In this document: piece after piece, positions 1 through 9,641 of the stretch
Layout: the number at the start of each line of letters is the position of its first letter
Numbering within the stretch: the stretch's first letter is position 1
NCBI RefSeq assembly: GCF_041912895.1
Contig: NZ_JAYSGI010000002.1
Coordinates: 521,339 to 585,338 of the forward strand
Direction: 5' to 3'
Length of the DNA: 64,000 bases
DNA from: Pelagerythrobacter sp.
GTDB lineage: Bacteria > Pseudomonadota > Alphaproteobacteria > Sphingomonadales > Sphingomonadaceae
Notes under the pieces: generated by a model
Database searches by the model: none
Seen by the model: only the letters and a program-made list of their open reading frames with translations
Told to the model about the DNA's origin: nothing
Position numbers and translations under genes: made by a program

Positions 1-74
1 AGAATCCTTTCACCGCGCAATGTAGGCGCGGGCGGGTGAATGGCAAGATAACGCGAGGCGGAGCGCGCCGCCCG

Positions 75-527
75 TCAGCCCGGCGTTCGCTTGAGCAGCG
101 CGGAGCGTTCGCAGCGGCAGACCACCTCGCCGCGCTGGTTGAGCATCTCGTGCGCGAAGGTGACGATCCCCGCTTCGGGCCGCGACTTCGATTCGCGCAG
201 GGCGATGACCTCGCTGGTGGCGCGCAGCGTGTCGCCGATCGCCACGGGCTTGGGCATCGCGACCTTGTCGTAGCCGAGATTGGCGACGAGCGTGCCCAGC
301 GTCGTCTCGCCCACGCTCACGCCCACCATCAGCGCGAAGGTGAAGGTGCCGTTGACGAGGATCTGCCCGAACTCGCTCTCGCGCGCGGCCTCGGCATCGA
401 GGTGCAGCGGCTGCGGGTTGTGCGTCATCGTGGTGAACAGCAGGTTGTCGGTCTCGGTCACCGTGCGGCGGATCTCGTGCTCGATCCGGTCGCCCACCTG
501 CCATTGATCGAAATAGCGGCCTGCCAT
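75..527 (-). CDS. MaoC family (hot-dog) dehydratase
   Basis: MaoC motif TETDNLLFTTMTHNPQPLHLD...FGQILVNG; start moved to ATG 527 behind GGGAG RBS. Confidence 0.85.
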   Translation of the reverse strand: MAGRYFDQWQVGDRIEHEIRRTVTETDNLLFTTMTHNPQPLHLDAEAARESEFGQILVNGTFTFALMVGVSVGETTLGTLVANLGYDKVAMPKPVAIGDTLRATSEVIALRESKSRPEAGIVTFAHEMLNQRGEVVCRCERSALLKRTPG

Positions 528-624
528 TCGTTGCACTCCCTAGGTTTCGCCTTGGCCATAGCGGGGGCACGGCCTGCTGCAAATGGCTCGCCACCCGGCC
601 CGCGAACCGATAGGGCGCACGAGA

Positions 625-2118
625 ATGCTGGACCTTCTCGTCATCGGCGGCGGCGTGAACGGCGCGGGGATCGCGCGCGATGCGGCGGGGCGCGGGATGA
701 AGGTCGCGCTGGTCGAGAAGGACGATCTCGCCAGCCACACCTCCTCGGCCAGTACCAAGCTGGTTCACGGCGGCTTGCGCTATCTCGAGCATTACGAGTT
801 CCGGCTGGTGCGCGAGGCGCTGCGCGAGCGCGAGGTGCTGCTGCGGATCGCGCCGCATCTGGTGCGCCCGATGCGCTTCGTCCTGCCGCACGACGCGGGG
901 CTGCGGCCCAAATGGATGCTGCGCGCCGGGCTGTTCCTCTACGATCGGCTGGGCGGACGCGGGTCGCTGCCGCGCAGCGCGGGCATCGACTTGCGCCAGC
1001 CGCCGCACGACGCGATCCTGCAGGACCGCTTCGTGAGCGGCTTCGAATATTCCGACTGCTGGGTCGACGACGCGCGGCTGGTGGTGCTGAACGCGATGGA
1101 CGCGCGCGAGCGCGGCGCGCAGGTGATGACGCGCACGCGCTGCACCGCGCTGGAGCGCGCGGGCGATCACTGGCGCGCCACGCTCGACAGCGGCGGCAGC
1201 GGCAAGACGGTGCGGGCGCGCGCGGTCGCCAACGCGGCGGGGCCGTGGGTCGACGACATCGCCGCGCTGGCGACCGGCGGGCGGGCCCAGGCGCACCTGC
1301 GGCTGGTCAAGGGCAGCCACATCGTCATCCGCCGCAAGTTCGCCGGGCCGCACGCCTATATCTTCCAGAACGGCGACGGGCGGATCGTCTTCGCGATTCC
1401 CTACGAGCGCGACTTCACCCTGATCGGCACGACCGACCGGCTGTTCGACGGCGACCGCGACGCGGTGGCAATCTCGGATGCCGAGCGCGACTACCTCTGC
1501 ACGGCGGCGAGCGAATACTTCCGGGAACCCGTTGCGGCGGCGGACGTCGTCTCGTCATATGCAGGGGTCAGGCCACTTTACGAGGACAACGCCGCGAGCA
1601 ACGCGACCGTGACGCGCGACTACGTCTTCGCGGTCGATGCGCCTGAGGGTAATCCGCCCTTGCTGAGCGTCTACGGCGGCAAGATCACCACCTATCGCAG
1701 GCTCGCCGAACACGCGCTCGAGCGGCTCGGCGGGCACATGCCGGTCCCCGGCGAACCGTGGACCGCCGACGCCGCGCTGCCGGGCGGCGACTTCGCGGAT
1801 ACCTTCGACGCCTTCCTCGGCGAAATCCGCGCGCTGTGGCCGTGGCTGCCCGAGGCGACCGCGCTGCGCATGGCGCGCGCCTACGGCACCCGGATCGAGC
1901 GGGTGATCGGGCGCGCCCGCTCGCTCGCCGAGCTGGGCCGCGATTGCGGCGGCGGGATGACCGAGGCCGAGGTCGATTACCTGCGCCGCGAGGAGTTCGC
2001 GCAGACGGCGGACGACGTGCTGTGGCGCCGGGGCAAGGTGGGCCTGCACCTGGGCGACCGCGAGCGCGCCTCCGCCCGCGAATCCGTAACGGCCGCGCTG
2101 GCAAGCGACTACGCTTGA
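625..2118 (+). CDS. glpD: FAD-dependent glycerol-3-phosphate dehydrogenase
   Basis: DLLVIGGGVNGAGIARDAAGRG, TSSASTKLVHGGLRYLE, GGKITTYRRLAE. Confidence 0.95.
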   Translation: MLDLLVIGGGVNGAGIARDAAGRGMKVALVEKDDLASHTSSASTKLVHGGLRYLEHYEFRLVREALREREVLLRIAPHLVRPMRFVLPHDAGLRPKWMLRAGLFLYDRLGGRGSLPRSAGIDLRQPPHDAILQDRFVSGFEYSDCWVDDARLVVLNAMDARERGAQVMTRTRCTALERAGDHWRATLDSGGSGKTVRARAVANAAGPWVDDIAALATGGRAQAHLRLVKGSHIVIRRKFAGPHAYIFQNGDGRIVFAIPYERDFTLIGTTDRLFDGDRDAVAISDAERDYLCTAASEYFREPVAAADVVSSYAGVRPLYEDNAASNATVTRDYVFAVDAPEGNPPLLSVYGGKITTYRRLAEHALERLGGHMPVPGEPWTADAALPGGDFADTFDAFLGEIRALWPWLPEATALRMARAYGTRIERVIGRARSLAELGRDCGGGMTEAEVDYLRREEFAQTADDVLWRRGKVGLHLGDRERASARESVTAALASDYA

Positions 2119-2180
2119 TCGCGGCTCGCGGCGCGTTCAAGGCGCCGCGCGAATACCTCCTCCCACCCGAGTCGCTCACC

Positions 2181-5100
2181 ATGCCCGCACCCAAGATTCT
2201 GAACCGCACCGCCGTCCGCCAGGCCTACCGCCAGGAAGAGGAGGCGTGCATCGCCGAACGGATGCGGCAGGCCGCGCCCGCCAGTGCCGTTCACGGCGAG
2301 AGCGCCGCGCTCGCCGGCAGGCTGATCGAGGGCGCGCGCGAGCGCAAGGCGAGCGGGATCGACGCCTTCATGCAGCAGTTCGGCCTCGCGACCGAGGAAG
2401 GCATCGCGCTGATGTGCCTCGCCGAAGCGCTGCTGCGCGTGCCCGACAGCAAGACGGCCGACGCGCTGATCCGCGACAAGATCGGCGATATCGACTGGTC
2501 GGAGCATCTCGGCGAAAGCTCCTCCACTTTCGTCAACGCGGCGACCTTCTCGCTGATGCTGACGGGCGAAGTGCTCGAACGTCCCGAGCAGCACCAGCGC
2601 GGCATGGGCCGCACCCTGCGCAACACCATCAACCGGCTGGGCGAGCCGGTGATCCGCAAGGCCACGTTCCAGGCGATGCGCATCCTCGGGGGCCAGTTCG
2701 TCTTCGGCCGCACGATCGAGGAAGCGCTGAAGCGCGCCGCACCCGAGCGCGCGAAAGGCCTCACGCACAGCTTCGACATGCTGGGCGAAGCGGCGATGAC
2801 CTTCGCCGACGCCGAGCGCTACCGCGTGGCCTACGGCAACGCGATCGCGCGGCTTGCGCGCGAGACGGGCGGCAGCATCGCCAGCTCGCCGGGCATTTCG
2901 GTGAAGCTGTCGGCGCTCTACCCGAAATACGATCACTTCCACGCCGAAGCCGCGATCAAGGCGCTGGTGCCGATCGTGCGCGAACTCGCGATCCAGGCGC
3001 GCGATGCCAACATGCACTTCACGATCGACGCCGAGGAAGCCGAACGGCTGGAACCCTCGCTCGACGTGTTCGAGGCGCTGGTGGCCGACGACGAAATCTT
3101 CGCGCGGCCCGACGGCAGCCAGTGGGAAGGCTTCGGCCTCGCGATCCAGGCCTACCAGAAGCGCGGCGTGCCGCTGTGCGAATGGACCGCCAAGCTGGCG
3201 CGCCAGCACAACCGCCGGCTGATGGTGCGGCTGGTGAAGGGCGCCTACTGGGATACCGAGATCAAGCTGAGTCAGGTCCACGGGCTCACCGATTTTCCCG
3301 TGTTCACCCGCAAGGTCGCGACCGACGTGTCGTATCTCGCCTGCGCGGCCAAGATGCTGGAAGCGCGCGACGTGCTCTACCCCGCCTTCGCCACGCACAA
3401 CGCCTACACCATCGGCGCGATCAAGACGCTGGCGAGCAAGAGCGATACGGGCAGCCGGACCCAGCCCGATTTCGAATTCCAGCGGCTGCACGGCATGGGC
3501 GAGGACGTCTATGGCGCGCTCGCCGAGGTCGAGGGCAACCGCAGGACGCCGGTGCGCATCTACGCGCCGGTCGGCACACACAAGGATCTGCTCGCCTATC
3601 TCGTGCGCCGCCTGCTCGAGAACGGGGCGAACAGCTCGTTCGTCAATCGCATGGCCGATGCGGACGTGCCGGTGAGCGAGTTGACGACCGACCCGACCGC
3701 CGATCTCGCCGCGCTGGAGCCAAAGCGCAATCCGGCGATCCCGCTGCCCGCCGATATCTTCCCCGGCCGCCGCAACAGCGCCGGGATCGACATCTCCGAT
3801 CCGCTGGTGATCGAGCCGCTGCTCGAACGCCTGCACGTGCTCGACGCGCGCCGCTGGCATGCCGAGCCGACGCTGCGCTCGCCCGAACAGGGCGAGGTCG
3901 CGCCGATCACCCAGCCGCAGGATCTGACGCACGAGGTCGGCACCCGGCGCGATGCGCTGCCCGAAGAGGTCGACGTCGCGATCACCCGCGCCGCGGCGAT
4001 CCAGCCCGGCTGGGATTCGCTCGGCGGCGAAAAGCGCGCTGTCCTGCTCGAAGCCGCCGCCGACATGTTCGAGGCGCACACCGACGAGATCCTCAGCCTG
4101 TGCCAGCGCGAAGCGGGCAAGACGCTGATGGATGCGATCCTCGAACTGCGCGAGGCGGTCGATTTCCTGCGCTATTACGCGAACGAGGCGCGCCGCCTGT
4201 TCACCGCGCCGCACCCGCTGCCCGGCCCGACGGGGGAGGAAAACCGGCTGAGCCTGCACGGGCGCGGCGTGTTCGCCACGATTTCCCCGTGGAACTTCCC
4301 GCTGGCGATCTTCATCGGCCCCGCCGCCGCCGCGCTCGCCGCGGGCAACGCGGTGCTCGCCAAGCCCGCCGAGCAGACCCCGCTGATCGCCGCGCTGGCA
4401 GTGAAGCTGTGCCACGACGCGGGCATTCCCGAAGACGTATTCCAGATCCTGCCCGGTTCGGGCGAGGTCGGCCAGCTCATCACCTCCGATCCGCGCGTCG
4501 CGGGCGTCTCGTTCACCGGATCGACGCAAACCGCCCATGCGATCAACCGCAGCCTCGCCGCGCGCGATGGGCCGATCGCCACGCTGATCGCCGAGACGGG
4601 CGGGCAGAACGCGATGATCGTCGACAGCTCGGCGCTGCCCGAGCAGGTGACGCGCGACGTGGTCAACAGCGCGTTCCAGAGCGCGGGCCAGCGGTGCAGC
4701 GCGCTGCGCGTGCTCTATCTGCAGGACGACGTGGCCGACGAGATGCTGACGATGATCAAGGGTGCGTTCGAGGCGCTGACCATCGGCGATCCCGAAGACC
4801 TCGCAACCGATGTCGGCCCGGTGATCGACCCCGATGCGAAGGCCGCGCTCGAACGGCACGTCGCGCGGCGCAAGAAGAACGGGCGCACCGTGTGGCGGCG
4901 CAAGCTGCCGCGCGGCACGGGCGACGGCTGCTTCGTCGCGCCGACGATCATCGAGATGGATTCGATTCTCGACCTCAGGCGCGAGAACTTCGGCCCGATT
5001 CTGCACGTGGTGCGCTACAAGGCGCGCGATCTGGAGCGGGTGGTGGAGGATATCAACGCCGCCGGTTACGGCCTGACGCTGGGCTTGCACAGCCGGATCG

Positions 5101-5327
5101 ACGCCACCCGCCGCTTCGTCGAGGCGCGGGCGCGGGTCGGCAATTTCTACGTCAACCGCAACCAGATCGGCGCGGTCGTGGAAAGCCAGCCGTTCGGCGG
5201 CGAAGGTCTGTCGGGCACCGGCCCGAAGGCGGGCGGACCGAACTACGTCGCGCGCTTCGCGACCGAGCGGGTGGTCTGCATCGACACCACGGCGGCGGGC
5301 GGCAACGCCACGCTGCTGGCGAGCTGA
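2181..5327 (+). CDS. putA: Bifunctional proline dehydrogenase / P5C dehydrogenase
   Basis: VRLVKGAYWDTEIK, FATHN, FEFQRLHGMG, ISPWNFPLAIF, AETGGQNAMIVD, FQSAGQRCSALR. Confidence 0.97.
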   Translation: MPAPKILNRTAVRQAYRQEEEACIAERMRQAAPASAVHGESAALAGRLIEGARERKASGIDAFMQQFGLATEEGIALMCLAEALLRVPDSKTADALIRDKIGDIDWSEHLGESSSTFVNAATFSLMLTGEVLERPEQHQRGMGRTLRNTINRLGEPVIRKATFQAMRILGGQFVFGRTIEEALKRAAPERAKGLTHSFDMLGEAAMTFADAERYRVAYGNAIARLARETGGSIASSPGISVKLSALYPKYDHFHAEAAIKALVPIVRELAIQARDANMHFTIDAEEAERLEPSLDVFEALVADDEIFARPDGSQWEGFGLAIQAYQKRGVPLCEWTAKLARQHNRRLMVRLVKGAYWDTEIKLSQVHGLTDFPVFTRKVATDVSYLACAAKMLEARDVLYPAFATHNAYTIGAIKTLASKSDTGSRTQPDFEFQRLHGMGEDVYGALAEVEGNRRTPVRIYAPVGTHKDLLAYLVRRLLENGANSSFVNRMADADVPVSELTTDPTADLAALEPKRNPAIPLPADIFPGRRNSAGIDISDPLVIEPLLERLHVLDARRWHAEPTLRSPEQGEVAPITQPQDLTHEVGTRRDALPEEVDVAITRAAAIQPGWDSLGGEKRAVLLEAAADMFEAHTDEILSLCQREAGKTLMDAILELREAVDFLRYYANEARRLFTAPHPLPGPTGEENRLSLHGRGVFATISPWNFPLAIFIGPAAAALAAGNAVLAKPAEQTPLIAALAVKLCHDAGIPEDVFQILPGSGEVGQLITSDPRVAGVSFTGSTQTAHAINRSLAARDGPIATLIAETGGQNAMIVDSSALPEQVTRDVVNSAFQSAGQRCSALRVLYLQDDVADEMLTMIKGAFEALTIGDPEDLATDVGPVIDPDAKAALERHVARRKKNGRTVWRRKLPRGTGDGCFVAPTIIEMDSILDLRRENFGPILHVVRYKARDLERVVEDINAAGYGLTLGLHSRIDATRRFVEARARVGNFYVNRNQIGAVVESQPFGGEGLSGTGPKAGGPNYVARFATERVVCIDTTAAGGNATLLAS

Positions 5328-5352
5328 TCGCGGATTTGCTAGTCGGGCGGCG

Positions 5353-5883
5353 ATGCCACGCTTCCTCACGCTGATCCTCGCTGTCGTCGCGCTCGTCTGG
5401 TCGGCGGGGGCGGCGGCCGAGGTTCGCATGAGCTTCCACAGCTTCAACGGATCGCTGTTCTTCGGCCGCTATCCGCATACCTTCGTGGTGCTCGAAGGCA
5501 CGCTGGAGGAAACCGGCGCGCCGATCCACGAGAACTACGGCTTCACCGCGAAGAGCGCCTCCCCCGCGGTGCTGCGCGGCCCGGTCGAGCACGCGATCCT
5601 GATCGAGGAGGAGAAATACCTGCGCAGCACCAACCGGCACTTCACCGTGCCGCTCAGCGATGCGCAGTACTGGCAGGTGCGGGCCGAGATGGAAAAATGG
5701 CGGGATGCGCCCGGCAAGTACTACGACCTCGATACGCGCAACTGCATCCACTTCGTCGGCGCGATGGCGCAGATCGCGGGCTTGCGGGTCGATTATCCCA
5801 AGCAGCTGCTGCGCAAGCCCAAGGCGTGGCTCAACCGCGTGGCGCTGATGAACCCGCAACTGGGCGCGAAGCAGATCGACTAG
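5353..5883 (+). CDS. Secreted hypothetical protein, possible permuted papain-like (His...NC) fold
   Basis: Signal peptide ending AAA-E; GRYPHTF and YYDLDTRNCIHF motifs. Confidence 0.7.
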   Translation: MPRFLTLILAVVALVWSAGAAAEVRMSFHSFNGSLFFGRYPHTFVVLEGTLEETGAPIHENYGFTAKSASPAVLRGPVEHAILIEEEKYLRSTNRHFTVPLSDAQYWQVRAEMEKWRDAPGKYYDLDTRNCIHFVGAMAQIAGLRVDYPKQLLRKPKAWLNRVALMNPQLGAKQID

Positions 5884-5943
5884 AGGGGGATAACGGCGGC
5901 CCTCGGCTTGCCCGGCCCGCCGCGCTGGGGAATCACCTCCGGC

Positions 5944-6498
5944 ATGGCGATTCTCTCCGACCGTTGGATCCGCACGCAGGCGACCGAGACAGGCATGATC
6001 GAGCCGTTCGTCGAGGCGCAGCGGCGCGAGGGGTGCATTTCCTACGGCTTGTCGAGCTACGGCTACGACGCGCGGGTGGCGGACGAGTTCAAGATCTTCA
6101 CCAACGTCGACAGCGCGGTGGTCGATCCGAAGGATTTCGCTTCCAACTCGTTCGTCGATCGCAAGACCGATGTCTGCGTGATCCCGCCCAATTCCTTCGC
6201 CCTGGCGCGCACCGTGGAGTATTTCCGCGTGCCGGAAGACGTGCTGGTGATCTGCCTCGGCAAGAGCACCTATGCGCGCTGCGGGATCATCGTGAACGTC
6301 ACTCCGCTGGAGCCGGGGTGGGAGGGGCACGTCACCCTCGAATTCTCCAACACCACCCCGCTCCCGGCGAAAATCTACGCCAACGAAGGCGCCTGCCAGT
6401 TCCTGTTCCTGCAGGGCAACGAGCGGTGCGAGACGAGCTATCGCGACCGCGCGGGCAAGTACATGGGCCAGCGCGGAGTCACGCTGCCGCGGCTGTAA
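5944..6498 (+). CDS. dcd: dCTP deaminase
   Basis: [40 protein letters not shown]. Confidence 0.96.
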   Translation: MAILSDRWIRTQATETGMIEPFVEAQRREGCISYGLSSYGYDARVADEFKIFTNVDSAVVDPKDFASNSFVDRKTDVCVIPPNSFALARTVEYFRVPEDVLVICLGKSTYARCGIIVNVTPLEPGWEGHVTLEFSNTTPLPAKIYANEGACQFLFLQGNERCETSYRDRAGKYMGQRGVTLPRL

Positions 6499-6571
6499 CG
6501 GGCGGCGCGATAGCCTTTTTCCCGCTTCGAACGTATTGTTCGCACAGGAATCGGGGAAGAGGAGCAAGCGC

Positions 6572-7030
6572 ATGTCCACCATCGCCGCGATCATCGGCCG
6601 CATAATGCTGGCGGTAATCTTCATTTCGGCGGGTATCGGCAAGATCATGGATCCGGCCGGAACCGCAGCCTATATCGACAGCGCCACGTCGTTGCCGGGC
6701 TCGCTCGCGCTGCCGACCGGCATTTTCGAACTGGTGCTCGGCCTGATGCTCGCGATCGGGTTCATGACCCGGCTGGTCTCGATCCTGCTGGCCGGTTTCT
6801 GCCTGCTGACGATCTTCTTCTTCCACAACCAGTTCGGCGATTCGACGCAGCTCACCGCCGCGCTCAAGAACCTCGCGATGGCCGGCGGGCTGCTGGTGGT
6901 GTTCGCCTACGGCCAGATGCGCGGCAGCTTCGACCACATGCGCGAGCGCAACCGCGCGCGTAAGGCGGAGCTGCGCGCCGCGCATGCGGAAGGCAAGGCC
7001 GAAGGACTGGCCGACCGCACCGTAGTGTAA
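6572..7030 (+). CDS. DoxX family membrane protein
   Basis: GRIMLAVIFISAGIGK, KNLAMAGGLL; four hydrophobic segments; GAGGAG RBS. Confidence 0.88.
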   Translation: MSTIAAIIGRIMLAVIFISAGIGKIMDPAGTAAYIDSATSLPGSLALPTGIFELVLGLMLAIGFMTRLVSILLAGFCLLTIFFFHNQFGDSTQLTAALKNLAMAGGLLVVFAYGQMRGSFDHMRERNRARKAELRAAHAEGKAEGLADRTVV

Positions 7031-7052
7031 CCGGAGCGGCGGTGCGAACGGG

Positions 7053-9236
7053 TCAGAAGCTCGTCCGCACGCTCAGCTTGAAGTTGCGGCCCGCGAGCGG
7101 GACGAAATCCTTGGTGAAGCTCGCGTGGCGGCGGCCCTCGGCGTCGAAGATGTTGTCCGCCTGGAGCATCACGGTGACGTTGTCGTTGCCGCGCACCGGC
7201 TTCCACGCGATCGAGGCGTTGACGTGGGTGAAGCCATCGGTCGCGGTCTCGAACGGGGCGAGGCGATCCTGATCGTCGAACCACTGCACCTCGCCGCGCA
7301 CGTCGAACGGCCCGGTCTGCGCTTCGAGCGCGCCGAGCAGCCGTAGCGGCGGAATGCGCGGCAGCGGCGTGCCGTCGTCGAGCTCGGCGCGGATGTAGTC
7401 GCCGCGCACATCGGCGAGCAGCGTAAAGCCGTCGCTCTCCACGATCGGATAGGTCAGCTGGCCTTCGATGCCCGAATAGGTCGCGTCGCCCTGGAGATAC
7501 TGGAACACCGGCAGTTCGTCCTGCTCCAGCCCGGTTTCGGCCAGGAAGATGTAGTCGTCGAACCAGTTGCGATAGACCGCGAGGCTCACCGTGCCGGCCC
7601 CGATGGAGCCGCGCGCGAAGGCCTCGACGCCCCAGGCGCCCTCGACCTCGAGATCGGGGTCGCCGATCTCGAACGCCTGCGTCGCGATATGCGGGCCGTT
7701 CGACAGCAGCTCCTCCGCGCTCGGCGCGCGCTCGGCGCGGCTGCCGTTGACGCCGAGGCGCAATCCGCCGGCGGTCTCGTAAACCAACCCGACCGCGCCC
7801 GAGAAAGTGTCGAACGAGCGGCGGAAGCCGATCGGTTGCGATTCGACGTCGGTCGTCTCGTAGCGGCCCGCGAGCTCGAGCTGGAACGGATCGAACGCGA
7901 TCTCCTGCATGCTGAACAGCGCAAACTGGTCGGTGCGGTTCTTCGGCACGTAGGCCTCTGCGCCGAACGCGTCGAAGTCGCGGAAGTAATACTGCACGCC
8001 GCTCGACCCGGTCCAGGCGCCGCGTGCGCTCTGTTCGAGCACGGCGCGCGCCTCGATCCCCTTCACGTCGAACACGGTGCCGACCTCGTCGCCCTCGAAT
8101 TCGGTGTGGGTGTAGTCGCTGAAGCCGACGCGGGTGTTGAGCGCGGAGAAGAAGCCGTCGCCCAGTGCCAGCCGCCCGCGCATGTCGGCGCGATACTGCC
8201 TGAGGCCGATCGAGACCGATTCCTCGCCGTGCTCGTGGCCCTCCTCGCCTTCGTGGTCGTGATCGTGATCTTCACCCTCTTCGCCGTGGTGATGGCCCGT
8301 GCCGGGGCGCAGCGGCACGCCGTAGAAGGTATCGTAGATGCCGACCGACGCGCCCAGGTTGCTGTCGCCCTCGAAGAAGGCGAACCCTGCGTTCGCGCTC
8401 CAGGTCTCGGTCGCGCTGTCGGGCAGCGTGCCGCGCCGGTTGGCAGCCTCGCGCAGCTCGCTGGCTTCGTCGAGATGGCCCTCGCCTTCTTCCTCGGCCG
8501 CGTCGGCAAGCAGGTCGGCGCGCAGTTCGGGGGCGGCGACGTAGCCGGCGATGTCGAGGTCGTCGGTCTTGCGGTAGGAGCCGTCGACGTGCGCCACGAA
8601 GCCGCCGCCGAGCGGAACGTCGAGCGAGGCGCCGCCTTCGCGCAGGTCGGCGGCGGTGTTCGCCCCCGCGAGCGCGTCGATATGGAACGCCTCGTTCAGC
8701 CGCCGCAGCGGGATGCGCTTGTCGATCACGTTGACCGCGCCGCCGATCGCCTGGCTGCCGTAGAGCAGCACTGCGGGGCCGCGCAGCACCTCGATCCGCT
8801 CGGCGGTGAGCGGGTCGATCGAGGTCGCGTGATCGGCCGAGGTATTGGAGACGTCGATCGCGCCGATCCCGTCGATCAGCACCTTGACCCGCTCGCCCTG
8901 GAAGCCGCGCAGCACGGGGCGCGACGCGCCGGGCGAGAAGCTGGTGGCCGAGACCCCGGGCACCTTCAGCAGCACTTCGCCGATCTGGCCGTCGAGATTG
9001 CGCTGCAATTCGTCCCCTTCGACGACCGAAGTGCCCGCGAGCACGTCGAGCTGCTCGAGCCCCTGTGCGGTGACGAGGATCTCGCCGCTGGTAGAGACGC
9101 GCCGGTCGTGGAAGTCGTCCGAATCGCTCGTGGGCGCCTGGCTGTCTTGGGCCTGGGCGGGAGCGGCGATGGCGCAGAGCGCGAGGCCGAGCGGGAGGGT
9201 GAGCGGCCGAGCCGCGATAGCATAACGATACAACAT
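7053..9236 (-). CDS. TonB-dependent receptor, ZnuD-like (His/acidic loop; probable zinc uptake)
   Basis: Plug motif SRPVLRG...RIEVLRGPAVLLYGSQAIGGAVNV; loop GTGHHHGEEGEDHDHDHEGEEGHEHGEE; C-terminal Phe; start uncertain. Confidence 0.88.
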   Translation of the reverse strand: MLYRYAIAARPLTLPLGLALCAIAAPAQAQDSQAPTSDSDDFHDRRVSTSGEILVTAQGLEQLDVLAGTSVVEGDELQRNLDGQIGEVLLKVPGVSATSFSPGASRPVLRGFQGERVKVLIDGIGAIDVSNTSADHATSIDPLTAERIEVLRGPAVLLYGSQAIGGAVNVIDKRIPLRRLNEAFHIDALAGANTAADLREGGASLDVPLGGGFVAHVDGSYRKTDDLDIAGYVAAPELRADLLADAAEEEGEGHLDEASELREAANRRGTLPDSATETWSANAGFAFFEGDSNLGASVGIYDTFYGVPLRPGTGHHHGEEGEDHDHDHEGEEGHEHGEESVSIGLRQYRADMRGRLALGDGFFSALNTRVGFSDYTHTEFEGDEVGTVFDVKGIEARAVLEQSARGAWTGSSGVQYYFRDFDAFGAEAYVPKNRTDQFALFSMQEIAFDPFQLELAGRYETTDVESQPIGFRRSFDTFSGAVGLVYETAGGLRLGVNGSRAERAPSAEELLSNGPHIATQAFEIGDPDLEVEGAWGVEAFARGSIGAGTVSLAVYRNWFDDYIFLAETGLEQDELPVFQYLQGDATYSGIEGQLTYPIVESDGFTLLADVRGDYIRAELDDGTPLPRIPPLRLLGALEAQTGPFDVRGEVQWFDDQDRLAPFETATDGFTHVNASIAWKPVRGNDNVTVMLQADNIFDAEGRRHASFTKDFVPLAGRNFKLSVRTSF

Positions 9237-9239
9237 ATC
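9219..9239 (-). promoter_or_regulatory. Possible Zur box overlapping the receptor start codon
   Basis: GATATGTTGTATCGTTAT matches 12/18 of the recalled Rhodobacter-group Zur consensus GATATGTTATAACATATC. Confidence 0.35.
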
Positions 9240-9381
9240 GCGGCCTGATAGCGATTCGTTCGCCCATGTCCACAGCGAATCCGACAAACGGCGATTTCGG
9301 GCTGGCTCAGCGGCGCGCGCGCCATGCGCCCCGCCGGGCGGCGCCGAGCCCGCATGCGCGAATACCGTTCTGCTGGATCGA

Positions 9382-9456
9382 TGGAGCGGGCGAAGAGATT
9401 CGAACTCTCGACCCCAACCTTGGCAAGGTTGTGCTCTACCCCTGAGCTACGCCCGC
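9382..9456 (-). tRNA. tRNA-Gly (GCC)
   Basis: GCGGGCGTAGCTCAGGGGTAGAGCACAACCTTGCCAAGGTTGGGGTCGAGAGTTCGAATCTCTTCGCCCGCTCCA; cloverleaf, GCC anticodon, encoded CCA. Confidence 0.98.
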
Positions 9457-9641
9457 TCACTGGCGTTGCCGGAAATGCTGTGGTTCCGGCGGGAGGCGGC
9501 GCGAGTAGCAGCGGGTCGGCGAGGCCGCAAGGGGAAAATGCGCGGCGGGCGAGCGCGCGGTTTTCGCTTCACAATTGGCGGCGAAGGCCCACATTGGCGG
9601 CTTATCGAAACGCGCGACAATGGGAGCTGCACTTGGCTAGC

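Noticed and set aside
2109-5447. 1112-aa antisense ORF and similar long shadow ORFs (e.g. 44993-48541 +, 39534-41345 +, 57033-58427 +, 7689-9248 +, 12827-13690 +)
   Set aside because: They overlap well-supported genes on the other strand or frame, are Arg/Ala/Gly-biased and lack family motifs; expected in high-GC DNA
6529-6541. GAAC-N5-GTTC dyad upstream of doxX as an SOS box
   Set aside because: Wrong geometry for the alphaproteobacterial direct-repeat LexA box
9300-9460. tRNA-Gly as an integration site
   Set aside because: I found no integrase, no duplicated tRNA 3' end (att) and no island-like composition shift nearby
9566-9594. Possible RpoH promoter (CTTCAC-N15-CCCACAT) before the ybbN-like gene
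   Set aside because: Biologically plausible for a chaperedoxin, but the -35 match is too degenerate to call
9324-9641. N-terminal extension of the thioredoxin ORF containing MERAKRFELSTPTLAR
   Set aside because: It is the antisense translation of tRNA-Gly; the real start is ATG 9642
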